Shown in pieces: positions 1 through 8,640 of a stretch of DNA of 64,000 nucleotides. The DNA is from an uncultured Acidobacteriota bacterium (lineage in GTDB: Bacteria > Acidobacteriota > UBA6911): contig CAVRAD010000009.1 of NCBI GenBank assembly GCA_963718845.1, positions 125,171 to 189,170 on the forward strand, read 5' to 3'. The notes below the pieces were generated by a model. The model did not search any database, was not told the DNA's origin, and worked only from the letters and a program-made list of their open reading frames with translations. Every line of letters starts with the position of its first letter. Position 1 is the stretch's first letter. Position numbers and translations under genes: made by a program.

Positions 1-247
1 CCCGGGCCGAATTCGGTCAGGATTTCGATGCCGTTGGTCGCCGGGTAGTTGCACGCCGTGACCATGCGGATGCGTTTGCCCGACCGCACCTCGACGGTGC
101 AGATGCGGCACACGCCGTAGGGCTCCAGCAGCGGGTGATGGCACAGAGTCGGGATCTTGATCCCAAGCTTCTGCGCGATATTGAGGATCGGGGTCCGGTC
201 CTCGGCTTCGGTTTCAATCCCGTTGATTTTTACTTTGATAGTTTTCA
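1..247 (-). CDS. N-terminal 2Fe-2S ferredoxin-like domain of a [FeFe]-hydrogenase large subunit / NuoG-like protein (HydA/HndD-type). Partial; the gene continues beyond the window start.
   Basis: Minus-strand translation from the ATG at 247 gives MKTIKVKINGIETEAEDRTPILNIAQKLGIKIPTLCHHPLLEPYGVCRICTVEVRSGKRIRMVTACNYPATNGIEIL. This is the typical plant-type 2Fe-2S N-terminal domain (CxxxxC...CxxC pattern) that follows hydB in HydABC/Hnd operons. Confidence 0.6.
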
Positions 248-249
248 TG

Positions 250-2104
250 CTGCGTAGCTCCTGGGAACCTTGCGGATCGCCTCGCGTTTGCAGGCCTCGA
301 TGCATGCGCCGCATTTGACGCACTTGGCTTTGTCCAGCGTGTGCGTTTTCTTCACTTCGCCTGAGATCGCTTGCTACCGAGCAGCCCCGTGACGCAGGCA
401 TGGCAGCCGTCGCATTTTTCCGGGTCGATCGTGTACTCGATCAGTTCTTTGCAGACGCCGCCCGGGACAACGATGGTCTTTGATGTGCGCGTCGTACTCG
501 TCTTTGAAGTAGCGGAGGGTTGAAAGAACCGGATTGGGCGCCGAGGTGCCGAGGGCGCACAGGCAGCAGTCCTGCATCACCTCGGCCGATTTCCTGGAGC
601 AGTTCGATGTCGCCGGGGACGCCTTTTCCCTGGGTGATTCTGTCGAGCGACATCCAGAGACGTCCTGCAGGCCCTTCGCGGCACGGGCGTGCACTTGCCG
701 CACGATTCTTCGGTCAGGAACGCGATGAAGTAGCGGGCGACGTCCACCATGCAGGTCTGATCGTCCATGACGATCATCCCGCCCGAACCCATCATCGATC
801 CCGCTTCCGTCAGGCTGTCGAAATCGACCGGCATATCGAGATGCGTTTCGGGCAGGCAGCCGCCGGAAGGTCCGCCGGTCTGCACCGCCTTGAATTTCCG
901 TCCGTCGGGGATGCCTCCGCCGATATCGAAGATGATCTCGCGCAGCGAAATCCCCATGGGGACTTCGATCAGGCCGGTGTTGTTGATTTTGCCGACCATG
1001 CGAGAAAACCTTGGTCCCGCTGCTGCCGTTCCAGGGATTGTCGGCGACGTTGCCGGTGCCCATCGAGCTGAACCACTGCGCCCCGCGGTTGATGATCAGC
1101 GGCACATTCGCCCAGGTCTCCACGTTGTTGAGGTTGGTCGGGCGGTTTTTATAGCCATACTCAACGGTGTGGATGTACTTGGCCCGGGGTTCGCCGACGT
1201 TCCCTTCCAGCGAAGCCATGAGGGCCGTGGATTCGCCGCACACGAAGGCCCCGGCGCCCTGGACGATTTCGATGTCGAAATCCATGCCGCTGCCGAGGAT
1301 GTCCTTGCCCAGAAGTCCGTAGTCGCGCGCCTGGTCGATCGCTTTCAGCAGGCGTTCCCGCGCGATGGGGTATTCGTGCCGGATGTACACGAAGCCTTCC
1401 TTGCATCCGATGGCGCGCGCGCCGATGATCATTCCTTCGAGCACGGAGTGCGGATCGCTTTCGATGATGCTCCGGTCCATGAATGCTCCCGGATCGCCTT
1501 CGTCGGCGTTGCAGACGATCACGGGTTCCACTCCGCGGTGCTGGGCGGCATGCCGGCAGGTTTCCCATTTCACGCCGGCAGGGAATCCGCCGCCGCCGCG
1601 GCCCCGCAGGCCGGATCTCTTGATCTCCGAAAGGATCTGTTCCGGCGTCATCTGGAACAGAGCCTTTTCCAGCGCCGTATAGCCGTCGACCGCGATGTAG
1701 TCGTCGATCTTTTCCGGATCGATGACGCCGCGGTTGCGGAGAACCACCAGCTTCTGCTTTGCGAAGAAGGGGATCTCTTTCAACGCGGGGATCGGCCCCT
1801 TTTCCGCCGGAGGCGTGTACATCAGCTTCTTGACGGGCCTGCCCTTAACCAGGTGTTCTTCGACCAGACTGGCGGCGTCCTTCGCCTGGACACCGCAGTA
1901 GAAGATCCCGTCGGGCTGCACGATCACGATGGGGCCTTCAGCGCAGAACCCCTGGCAGCCGGTCCTGATCACCTGCACTTCCTGGGCGAGACCTTTTTTG
2001 TAAATTTCATTTTCCAGAGCCGTCGCTGTTGCGTAAGAATTGCCGGAAACGCATCCGGTTCCTGCGCAAACCAACACATTGGTGCGGAATGCCATGATAT
2101 TCAT
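250..2104 (-). CDS. NuoF/HoxF-family NADH-binding flavoprotein subunit of a multimeric (bifurcating-type) [FeFe] hydrogenase (HydB/HndC-like). Apparent frameshifts near 380, 485, 645 and 1000.
   Basis: ORF 374..2104 carries an N-terminal thioredoxin-like 2Fe-2S domain, then the NuoF core ([28 protein letters not shown]). The polypeptide continues in two other frames (ORF 577..999: [15 protein letters not shown]...ESCGKCTPV; ORF 441..653: [19 protein letters not shown]). The true C-terminus, with a 2x[4Fe-4S] tail ([16 protein letters not shown]), reads through to the stop at 250-252. Confidence 0.85.
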
Positions 2105-2121
2105 ACCTCCCAGCCGGCGGT

Positions 2122-2993
2122 TTAGCCGGTAGTTTCACAGCCACTTGCAAGCGCGTAATCGGTTACAATCTTGCCCCCGAGAACATGGTCTTTGAGAATC
2201 CTCACAATCGCTTCAGGTTTCAGATCCACATATTTCACGGGGGATTGACCGGCTATTTCCACGGTCGCCATCGGCTCCCGGCTGCACAGTCCCGCGCAGC
2301 CCGAGGTGGTGACGATGACATCGGTTACCTTCTGGTTTTCGATCTCCTTCAGCAGGGCGCCCATAACATCCCGCGCGCCTGCGGAAATCCCGCAGGTGCC
2401 CATGTGCACGGTCACTTTGGCCCGTGCCTCTCCGGACCGCAGGGTCAAAGTGCGCTTTGCGTCCTCACGTATCTTTTTCAAGTCATCAATGGACAGTCTG
2501 GGCATTTTCTGCCTCCTTTGGCTTCTCCGGAGTTTTGGCTGGTATTGCTTGACCATCTTCGGCACGGAGGCTATTTTCACCTTTCCGTGCACATCCGTTC
2601 CTACCGTGATCACGGGCGCCAGGCCGCAGCAGCCGACACAGTTCACCGTATCCAGGCCGAACAGTTCGTCCGGTGTGGTCTCGCCCTTCTTGATCTTCAG
2701 TTCGCGCTCCAGCGCATCCACCAGCAGCGGTCCGCCCTGGATATTGCAGGCTGTGCCGTTGCAGACGCGAATTGGATGGCGACCGACGGGCTTGAGGCTG
2801 AAAGCCTTGAAGAAGGTCGCGATGGCCAGGACGGATGTCAGCGGGATCATTCACTCCGGCGGCCACCGCCTCGAGCACTTCGCGAGGCAGGTAGCAATAT
2901 GCCTCCTGGCAATCGAGCAGAATGGCAATCATGCGCTCGCGTTTTGCGCCGTGCTGTTTCGAGGATGTCGTTTACTCTTGAAACATCCACCAT
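2122..2993 (-). CDS. NuoE-like 2Fe-2S subunit fused to an HndB-like thioredoxin-like ferredoxin domain (HydC/HndA-type). Frameshifts near 2845 and 2935.
   Basis: N-terminal MVDVSRVNDILETARRK / MIAILLDCQEAYCYLPREVLEAVAAGVN lies in ORF 2486..2932. It continues in ORF 2122..2850 with VLAIATFFKAFSLKPVGRHPIRVCNGTACNIQGG...CVGCCGLAPV (the NuoE motif), then a second domain VHMGTCGISAGARDV...TTSGCAGLC. A GGAGGAA RBS sits 5 nt upstream of the ATG at 2993. Confidence 0.8.
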
Positions 2994-3014
2994 AGTATTC
3001 CTCCCGCTTCTTAC

Positions 3015-3110
3015 TTTTCCTTTTGTGAGGACGGCTCTCCAGAGCCGTCCGGACGAAATCTGCGCATTTACAGTCCGGACGGCTCTGGAGAGCTGTCCTC
3101 ACAAAATCAA
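3015..3110. repeat. Inverted duplication of a ~30-bp palindromic unit (GTGAGGACGGCTCTCCAGAGCCGTCCGGAC and its reverse complement) with a ~20-bp spacer. Likely an operator or terminator.
   Basis: Read directly. Each unit has an internal 9-10-bp stem (GACGGCTC/GAGCCGTC). Unit 2 is the reverse complement of unit 1 with one mismatch. It lies between the 3' end of the upstream regulator gene and the hydC/nuoE-like start. Confidence 0.7.
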
Positions 3111-3129
3111 TCCCGCTTCGCCTCTTCGT

Positions 3130-3642
3130 GATTGCTTCCCGCAAAATCGCCAGCCCTATAGGCAATGTCAGATCAATTTCGGCCGCACGAAAATCGCCGG
3201 AATCCAGCTCAAAAATCCGATCGTTGACGCGATGACGGAAGCGGATGTTTTTATCCGGCTGTCCGGCGACGAGAACCATGAGAGTCGTTTCGATATCGCC
3301 CAGCGGCGCTCTGTCCAATATGCCTGTGCTGGAAGGTTGCGCGAATCGTTGTGCCCTGTCCCGGCTTGGAGTCGATCGTGAGCGCTCCTCCGGCAGCTTT
3401 GGCTGCGGCGGCCAGCAGCGGCAATCCCATCCCAACCTTGCGCGTGGTCCTCGTCGTAAAGAACGGGTCCGTTACTTTTGCCAGCGGTGTCCGCATCCAT
3501 GCCGCGCCCGTTATCGCGGACACGACAAGACCATGGCATCTCCAGGCAGGTCCTCCCATATCTCGATTTCAATTGCGCCGGCGCCGGCTTCCAGGCTGTT
3601 CTGCGCGATATCCAGGATGTGCAATGCGAGATCTTCCATCGG
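3130..3642 (-). CDS. Histidine-kinase-like ATPase (HATPase_c) protein, hfsC / anti-sigma-regulatory-factor-like, associated with the hydrogenase locus. Several frameshifts; the 3' end is uncertain.
   Basis: MEDLALHILDIAQNSLEAGAGAIEIEI (from the ATG at 3642), VRDNGRGMD, DPFFTTRTTRKVGMGLPLLAAAAKAAGGALTIDSKPGQGTTIRATF (N-, G1- and G2-box-like motifs) are spread over ORFs 3511..3858, 3168..3572, 3251..3559 and 2929..3435. Confidence 0.6.
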
Positions 3643-4378
3643 CCTTCCTCCGCCGAGGATTGTCCTGCCGCCTTCCCCGGTCAACGCGCGCCGCAATTCC
3701 GCCAGCGTGGCTTCTTTCATCAGCACGAATGTCGCCGCCCGTGCGACGTCTTTGGGCTCGTGGGCATCGGAAGCGCAGAGAATCGGATATTCTCCTTTTG
3801 GAGCGAACGACGCGCGCGCCCGAGGAAGCGAGCGTTCGCTGCGAAACCTCGATCGCATCCAGAGGCAGGCCCGGGGGAATAAATCCCAGCTGGCCGATGA
3901 TGCCGAATCCCTCTCTGTCGACGTGAGAGGCGATGGCCAGGCCGTCGACGTCGTGGATGGCGGCGACCACTCGGTCCAGGTTCAGCGTGGTCGCGCCCGA
4001 GAGCAGGTGCTCCTCGAAACCCAGGACTTCGCCGGATTCGTTGGCGATCACCTGCATGCCGAATGCGCTTTCGTCGTTTCGCCCGGGCAGCGATCGGTAC
4101 ACCTTGGATTGAAGCTCCATCGCGGCGGCGATGTTGGGCAGCAGTCCCAGGATGTGCACTTCCTCCGAACTGGTGATCTCCATCCCCGGGATTACTGCCA
4201 ATCCGGCAGCATTTCCGGCGCGCTGCACCGCCGCGGCGTTTTCGGCGGAGTTGTGGTCGCACACAGCTATGGAATCCAGGCCCGCCCGGATCGCGGCATC
4301 CACGATGGCAGACGGATGCATGTCCAACTCAGCGCATGGGGACAGGCAGGTATGGATGTGTGTGTCGACCATAAACAC
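3640..4378 (-). CDS. PHP-domain metal-dependent phosphoesterase. Frameshift near 3800.
   Basis: MFMVDTHIHTCLSPCAELD...IAVCDHNS...GMEITS...HILGL...ASHVDRE, then a C-terminal PILCASDAHEPKDVARAATFVLM in ORF 3511..3858. These are typical PHP motifs. The same neighbourhood (PHP, HATPase, DRTGG, HydS) occurs in Thermotoga/Thermoanaerobacter hydrogenase loci. Confidence 0.7.
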
Positions 4379-4380
4379 CT

Positions 4381-4731
4381 TCAGACTGTCCTCCTTCCGC
4401 GAACACCCTGGGCAAAAAGAATCCCGATGGCGTCAAAAGCCTGCAGGGGGGTGGAGATGATCGGGATGCCGATTTCGTCTGCGCGAGCGACCGTGTCCGG
4501 TTCCGGCTGTCTACCGTTGACCAGAACAATCGCGGCCAGATTGTTGAGCTGGGCGACGGCCACGATGTTCACGTGCTTTTGCATGGTGACCCAGATATCG
4601 CCTTCGCGGCTGTTTCCCATCACGTCCGAGAGCAGGTCGGACGCATAGCCCCCCTGGATTTCCCGGTCCACTGCGGAGCTTCCAGCCATCACTGTGCCTT
4701 CGATACTTTGTGCGGCTTCGGCGACGTTCAT
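4381..4731 (-). CDS. DRTGG-domain protein (CBS-associated regulatory domain).
   Basis: A 116-aa intact ORF: GGYASDLLSDVMGNSREGDIWVTMQKHVNIVAVAQLNNLAAIVLVNGRQPEPDTVARADEIGIPIISTPLQAFDAIGILF. Its start overlaps the stop of the upstream HydS-like gene (ATGA). Confidence 0.7.
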   Translation of the reverse strand: MNVAEAAQSIEGTVMAGSSAVDREIQGGYASDLLSDVMGNSREGDIWVTMQKHVNIVAVAQLNNLAAIVLVNGRQPEPDTVARADEIGIPIISTPLQAFDAIGILFAQGVRGRRTV

Positions 4732-6062
4732 GGTTGTCCTCCGACTGCGTGTCTTTGAGTTCTAACAAGGCCGGCAAGCTGCTCGATCCGGTTTTCGAGC
4801 TCCCGCGCCAGAAGAAAACGCACAATTCCTTGTCCGCGTCGCCGAGCACGACATCCTCGGCAAATGCCCGGCAGGAGGGGGCGCCGCATGCGCCGCAATC
4901 GATCCGGGGCAATTCACCCAGTATCCTGTCCCGTTCCTTCATTTTGAGGATGGCTCTGGAGATGTCCGCGTCCAGCGGCCGCAGCGGCCGGCCGGTAAGA
5001 TACTCGTCCATCAGGAATTCCTTTTTCCTGTACGCTAATTCCACTTCGTGACGGTCCACCATGCATCCGGCCGGCAGGTTCTGCTGAAGCTTGATCGCTT
5101 TGCCGCGCGCCAGGTAGGGATTTTCGACGGTGAGACATCCTCCGACGCAGCCTTCGGGACACGCATGGCATTCGATATAGCGGTATTTGCGCAGCCGACC
5201 TTTTTCGATGTCATCCAGTATGCGCATCACGTTGGGCAGTCCCGCTACAGACAGCGTGTTTTCTGCCGGCAGCGACCGCGGGAATCTGCCCAAGAAAGGC
5301 CCAATCCAGACCCGAGGCGGACTCGACCGGGTCGATTTTGTATTCGGTTTCCTGGACTCTCGAAACGGCGGCCGCCAGGGTCTGGAACAGATCGCAGATC
5401 GAGACTGCCGCGTCGAGATGGGACCGCTGCATGCCGGGGTGCTCCAGAATCGCGACAATCTTGGCCGGGCAGGGAGTGATATACACGGCTCCGATTTTTT
5501 CCAGCGGCAGTCCGGTTTCTTTCGACAGGCGGAGCTTCGCGGCTCGCGCGGAAATTTCTCTGGGGGCCAGCACGGGCAGGAGTTGATCGACCAGTTCCGG
5601 GTATTTCACCTGCAGCAGCCGCACCACGGTCGGGCAGAAGGAGGAAATCAGAGGATATTGTCCCCGGTATTCGTTCATGAAAATCTCCGTTGCGAGGGTG
5701 ACGGCGTCGCACGCGGGCGAGACGCTTTCGACATCGTCGAAGCCGCACTGTTTCAGGGCGGTAAAGATCATGCCGGGGAAAACTTCCGAATCGAACTGGG
5801 CGTAGAGCGCGGGGGAGGGAATAGCCACCTTGCATTCGAATTTGGAGAGGTCGGCCATCTGGTCGGTCAGCGGGACGATGGCAGCCCGCGGACAAACCCG
5901 GATGCATTCGCCGCAGTCGATGCACCGGTCGGCGAGCTTCACGGCTCGCTCATTGCGAATGCGGACCGCGGCGGTCGGGCAGACGCGCATGCAGGACATG
6001 CATCCGTCGCATCGTTCCACGTCAAATCGCAATGAGTGATGATATTGAGCAACCATTTTCAA
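4729..6062 (-). CDS. Sensory-type [FeFe]-hydrogenase-like protein (HydS/HfsB-like): N-terminal 2x[4Fe-4S], an H-cluster-like domain with variant motifs, and a C-terminal Fe-S domain. Frameshifts near 5270 and 4845.
   Basis: ORF 5211..6062 has CDGCMSCMRVCPTAAV / CIDCGECIRVCPRAAI, an L1-like ISSFCPTVV and an L2-like ITPCPAKI. ORF 4511..5458 continues with an L3-like YIECHACPEGCVGGC and LPRIDCGACGAPSCRAFAEDVV. The last 40 aa (ARELENRIEQLAGLVRTQRHAVGGQP*) sit in a third frame. Non-canonical L1/L2 motifs are characteristic of sensory rather than catalytic hydrogenases. Confidence 0.7.
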
Positions 6063-6498
6063 GCCTTATGACCGTTTGTTTCACCCGGATATGAAGCCGG
6101 GTGCCCCGACCCACTTCCGAACTGATATTGAATTCATCCGCGTTTCTTCGAATGTTCGGCAACCCCATCCCGGCTCCGAATCCCATTTCTCTCATCTCCG
6201 GAGTGGCCGTCGAGTAGCCTTCCTGCATTGCCAGATTGATGTCCGGGATGCCCGGGCCCCTCGTCTTCGATGCGAAGCGTGATGTCTTCGCTGCTGACGT
6301 TGAGCCGGACTTTCCGCGCGTGGCATACATGACGAGATTCATCTCCGCCTCATACGAAACGATGGCGACGCGTCGCACCACCGCGGGATGAACGCCGAGG
6401 CGCTTGAGCGTATCCTTGATTTGAGTAGAAACTTTTCCCGCATTTGCAAAATCTCTGCCCAAAACGCTATAGGTACTTTCAAGTGCCTCCGCCATCAT
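6022..6498 (-). CDS. HATPase_c-domain protein (anti-sigma regulatory factor / Ser-kinase-like), a second copy. Compensating frameshift pair near 6260-6300.
   Basis: MMAEALEST...VVRRVAIVSYEAEMNLVMYA...GPGIPD...GFGAGMGLPNIRRNADEFNISSEVGRGTRLHI. Between ~6300 and ~6260 the alternate frame reads ARKVRLNVSSEDITLRIEDEGPG, the expected kinase-core sequence, whereas the ORF frame gives SGSTSAAKTSRFASKTRGPG. Confidence 0.7.
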   Translation of the reverse strand: MMAEALESTYSVLGRDFANAGKVSTQIKDTLKRLGVHPAVVRRVAIVSYEAEMNLVMYATRGKSGSTSAAKTSRFASKTRGPGIPDINLAMQEGYSTATPEMREMGFGAGMGLPNIRRNADEFNISSEVGRGTRLHIRVKQTVIRLENGCSISSLIAI

Positions 6499-6499
6499 T

Positions 6500-6876
6500 T
6501 GCTCTCTGAAAGTGCCATGTAAATCCGGCCGGCGGCTTCAAACATTTTGAACGGCGTGCCGAGAACCGGGATCTTTGATTCTCTCGCCAGGGAGAGGATG
6601 TCTTCGCCGGGTTTCTTGCCGCGCACAAAAACCACTCCGCATAGGTCCGCCACAATGGCCGTTCGTGATCACCTGTGTGCTGACAAGACCGGTGAGAAGA
6701 AGCGTTCCCGTTTTGCTTGTAGCCAGGACATCACTCAGCAGGTCCGCAGCTCCCACCGCAGCGACTTCTACCGAGAGGTCGTCGCCGTTGAGCACTTCGG
6801 CTCCAGGAGGTCCCGGATGTCGGCAAGTGTGAGTTGCTTCAGACCTGTCATTGAACCGGACATTTTCACCTTCGCT
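6500..6876 (-). CDS. DRTGG-domain protein, a second copy. Frameshifts near 6815 and 6655.
   Basis: Reconstructed as MSGSMTGLKQLTLADIRDLL / AEVLNGDDLSVEVAAVGAADLLSDVLATSKTGTLLLTGLVSTQVIT / RTAIVADLCGVVFVRGKKPGEDILSLARESKIPVLGTPFKMFEAAGRIYMALSESK* over three frames. The stop overlaps the ATG of the downstream HATPase gene. Confidence 0.65.
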
Positions 6877-6899
6877 AGTGTGCGGGGACCTTGTGAAAT

Positions 6900-7760
6900 C
6901 CATTGCCCCTGTTATGGCTTGCTTCTGCTGCCTTTGTGCGGCCGATAACCAGATTGCCCTTGCGGATAACCCTGGCTGCCGGAATTTTTCTGGCCGGGCA
7001 GGATTCCCAGCAGAGCCCGCAGCCGGTGCATTTGGTGTGATCGACATACGTGGCGTTGTGCCGGACCTTCACCCGGAAGTTGCCGACGAATCCTTCGACC
7101 TCTTCCACTTCGCTGGAGGACATCAGCTTGATGTTCGGGTGCTTTCCGACCTGGACCATCTTGGGCGTCAGGATGCACGCGGCGCAGTCCAGCGTGGGAA
7201 AGGTTTTGTCGAACACGGCCATGTGCCCGCCGATCGAAGGCTGCTTTTCGACCAGATATACGGTGCGGCCCGCATCGGCGATATCGAGCGCGGCCTGGAT
7301 TCCGGCGATGCCGGCGCCCACGACCAGAGCCGCGGGATTCACCGGGACGGTCTTGTGGGGCAGCGACTGACAGGTTGGCCGCCTTGGCTACCGCACCGGC
7401 AAGGAGCGCTTTGGCTTTTTCGGTCGCCGCGTTGGGATCGACCGTCACCCAGGAGCAGTGCTCCCGGATATTCGCCATCTGGAACAGGTAGCGGTTCACG
7501 TTCGCCCTCTCGCAGGCCCCGCGGAACGTGGGTTCATGCATGAGCGGCGAACAGGAGGCAACGACGACCCGGTCGAGACCGAGGTTTTTGATGTCGTCCT
7601 CGATGAGGATCTGGCCGGGATCGGAACACATGAATTTGTATTCCCGGGCTATGACTACTCCGGGCAGTTTCTTGGCAAATTCCGTTACTTCCGCAACATC
7701 CACTTTGCCGGAGATATTCGTGCCGCAATGGCACACATAGACGCCGATCTTGGTACTCAT
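6900..7760 (-). pseudogene. hdrA: HdrA-like (heterodisulfide reductase subunit A) N-terminal fragment: the Cys-rich N-domain, start of the FAD domain and first ferredoxin motif only. Frameshifted near 7360 and ~6960 and C-terminally truncated.
   Basis: ORF 6912..7760 MSTKIGVYVCHCGTNISGKVDV...YKFMCSDPGQ...VVVASCSP...ANIREHCSW. ORF 6875..7342 ALVVGAGIAGIQAALDIADAGRTVYLVEKQPSIGGHMAVFDKTFPTLDCAACILTPKM...CTGCGLCWESCPAR. After ~300 aa the next gene (DRTGG) begins, so the C-terminal ~350 aa normally present in HdrA is absent. Confidence 0.7.
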
Positions 7761-7769
7761 GCGATCTCC

Positions 7770-8640
7770 TTATGCGTATTTGGCCGTGACTTCCGTCGCC
7801 GGGACGATGCAGTCATTCAATCCCAGGCCTTTCGAATCCAGTCCGAAGGCAACGCCCATCAATTGAGTGAAATACACAATTGGAAGATTGAAATTCGTGC
7901 CGTAGGTCTTGTTAATGGCTGATTGAAACGCATCCAGGTTCATTTGACATAGCGGGCATGTTACCGCAATGCATTGCGCGTCGTACTGCTGGGCGCAGAG
8001 AAGGAGATTGCGGCAGAGGCGAAGCGCGACGTCCTTGCGTATTCCCATCAGCGAACCGCCGCAGCACACCGTCTTCATCGGATAGTAGGTCGGAGTTGCG
8101 CCGAGCGCTACAAGCAGCTTGTCCATCATGGTCGGATTGTCCGCGTCGTCTTCGATGCCGTAGGGCCGGGCGATCTGGCAGCCGTAATAGGGCGCCACGC
8201 GCAGCCCTGTAAGCGGATGCTTCACGAGCGATTTGATGCGATCGAGCCCGACATCTTCCACGACTGTCTGAAGGAAGTGCTTTGTAACGATGCCTCCTTC
8301 ATAGCTCAAGCCCGCCTCGGCGAGAGCCGTATTTACTTTGCTCTTAATTTCCGGGAATTCGGCCAGGTAGGTTTCCGTTTTGCGCAGGTTGGTGTAGCAG
8401 GCGCTGCAGGCGGTGACCAGCGTATCGCCTATTTTCTTCGCCTGGCACAGGTTGCGCGCGCTCAGGCTGAAGGAGAGGGCTTCGTTTACGCTCATGTAGG
8501 CGGTGGCGCCGCAGCAGTTCCAGTCTTCGAGTTCTACCAGTTCGATCCCCAGCGCCTTGGCAACGCGCGGCCACCGATTCTTGGTACGGCCTTCCGGTTG
8601 CTTCCAGAGAGCATCCCGGGTAGTAGGCGTAGCGCATCAT
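7770..8640 (-). CDS. hdrB: Heterodisulfide reductase subunit B-like (two CCG domains). Frameshift near 8500.
   Basis: N-terminal MMRYAYYPGCSLEATGRPYQESV (ORF 8344..8640), then ORF 7770..8495 with ACSACYTNL...YYGCQIARP...TVCCGG...TCPLCQMNLD. Confidence 0.8.

Noticed and set aside
767-2125. Long plus-strand ORF (452 aa) antisense to the hydB/nuoF-like gene. Similar long antisense ORFs occur at 2185..3381, 3245..4648, 5187..6035, 7974..8714, 18680..19981, 23343..23942, 52738..53766 and 55047..55901-opposite.
   Set aside because: The GC-rich sequence generates long spurious ORFs on the non-coding strand. Their translations are low-complexity (Arg/Pro/Gly/Ala-rich) with no recognisable domains, while the opposite strand carries clear homologs.
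6900-7760. Considered that the short HdrA might be a natural small HdrA-like flavoprotein rather than a truncation.
   Set aside because: The reading frame after the first CxxCxxCxxxCP motif still shows HdrA-like residues (…KFRQPGLSARAI…, similar to the …SEFDQGL.R.AIY… segment) before dissolving into the next gene. That is more consistent with a deleted or decayed C-terminus than with a designed short protein. Kept as a pseudogene call with moderate confidence.
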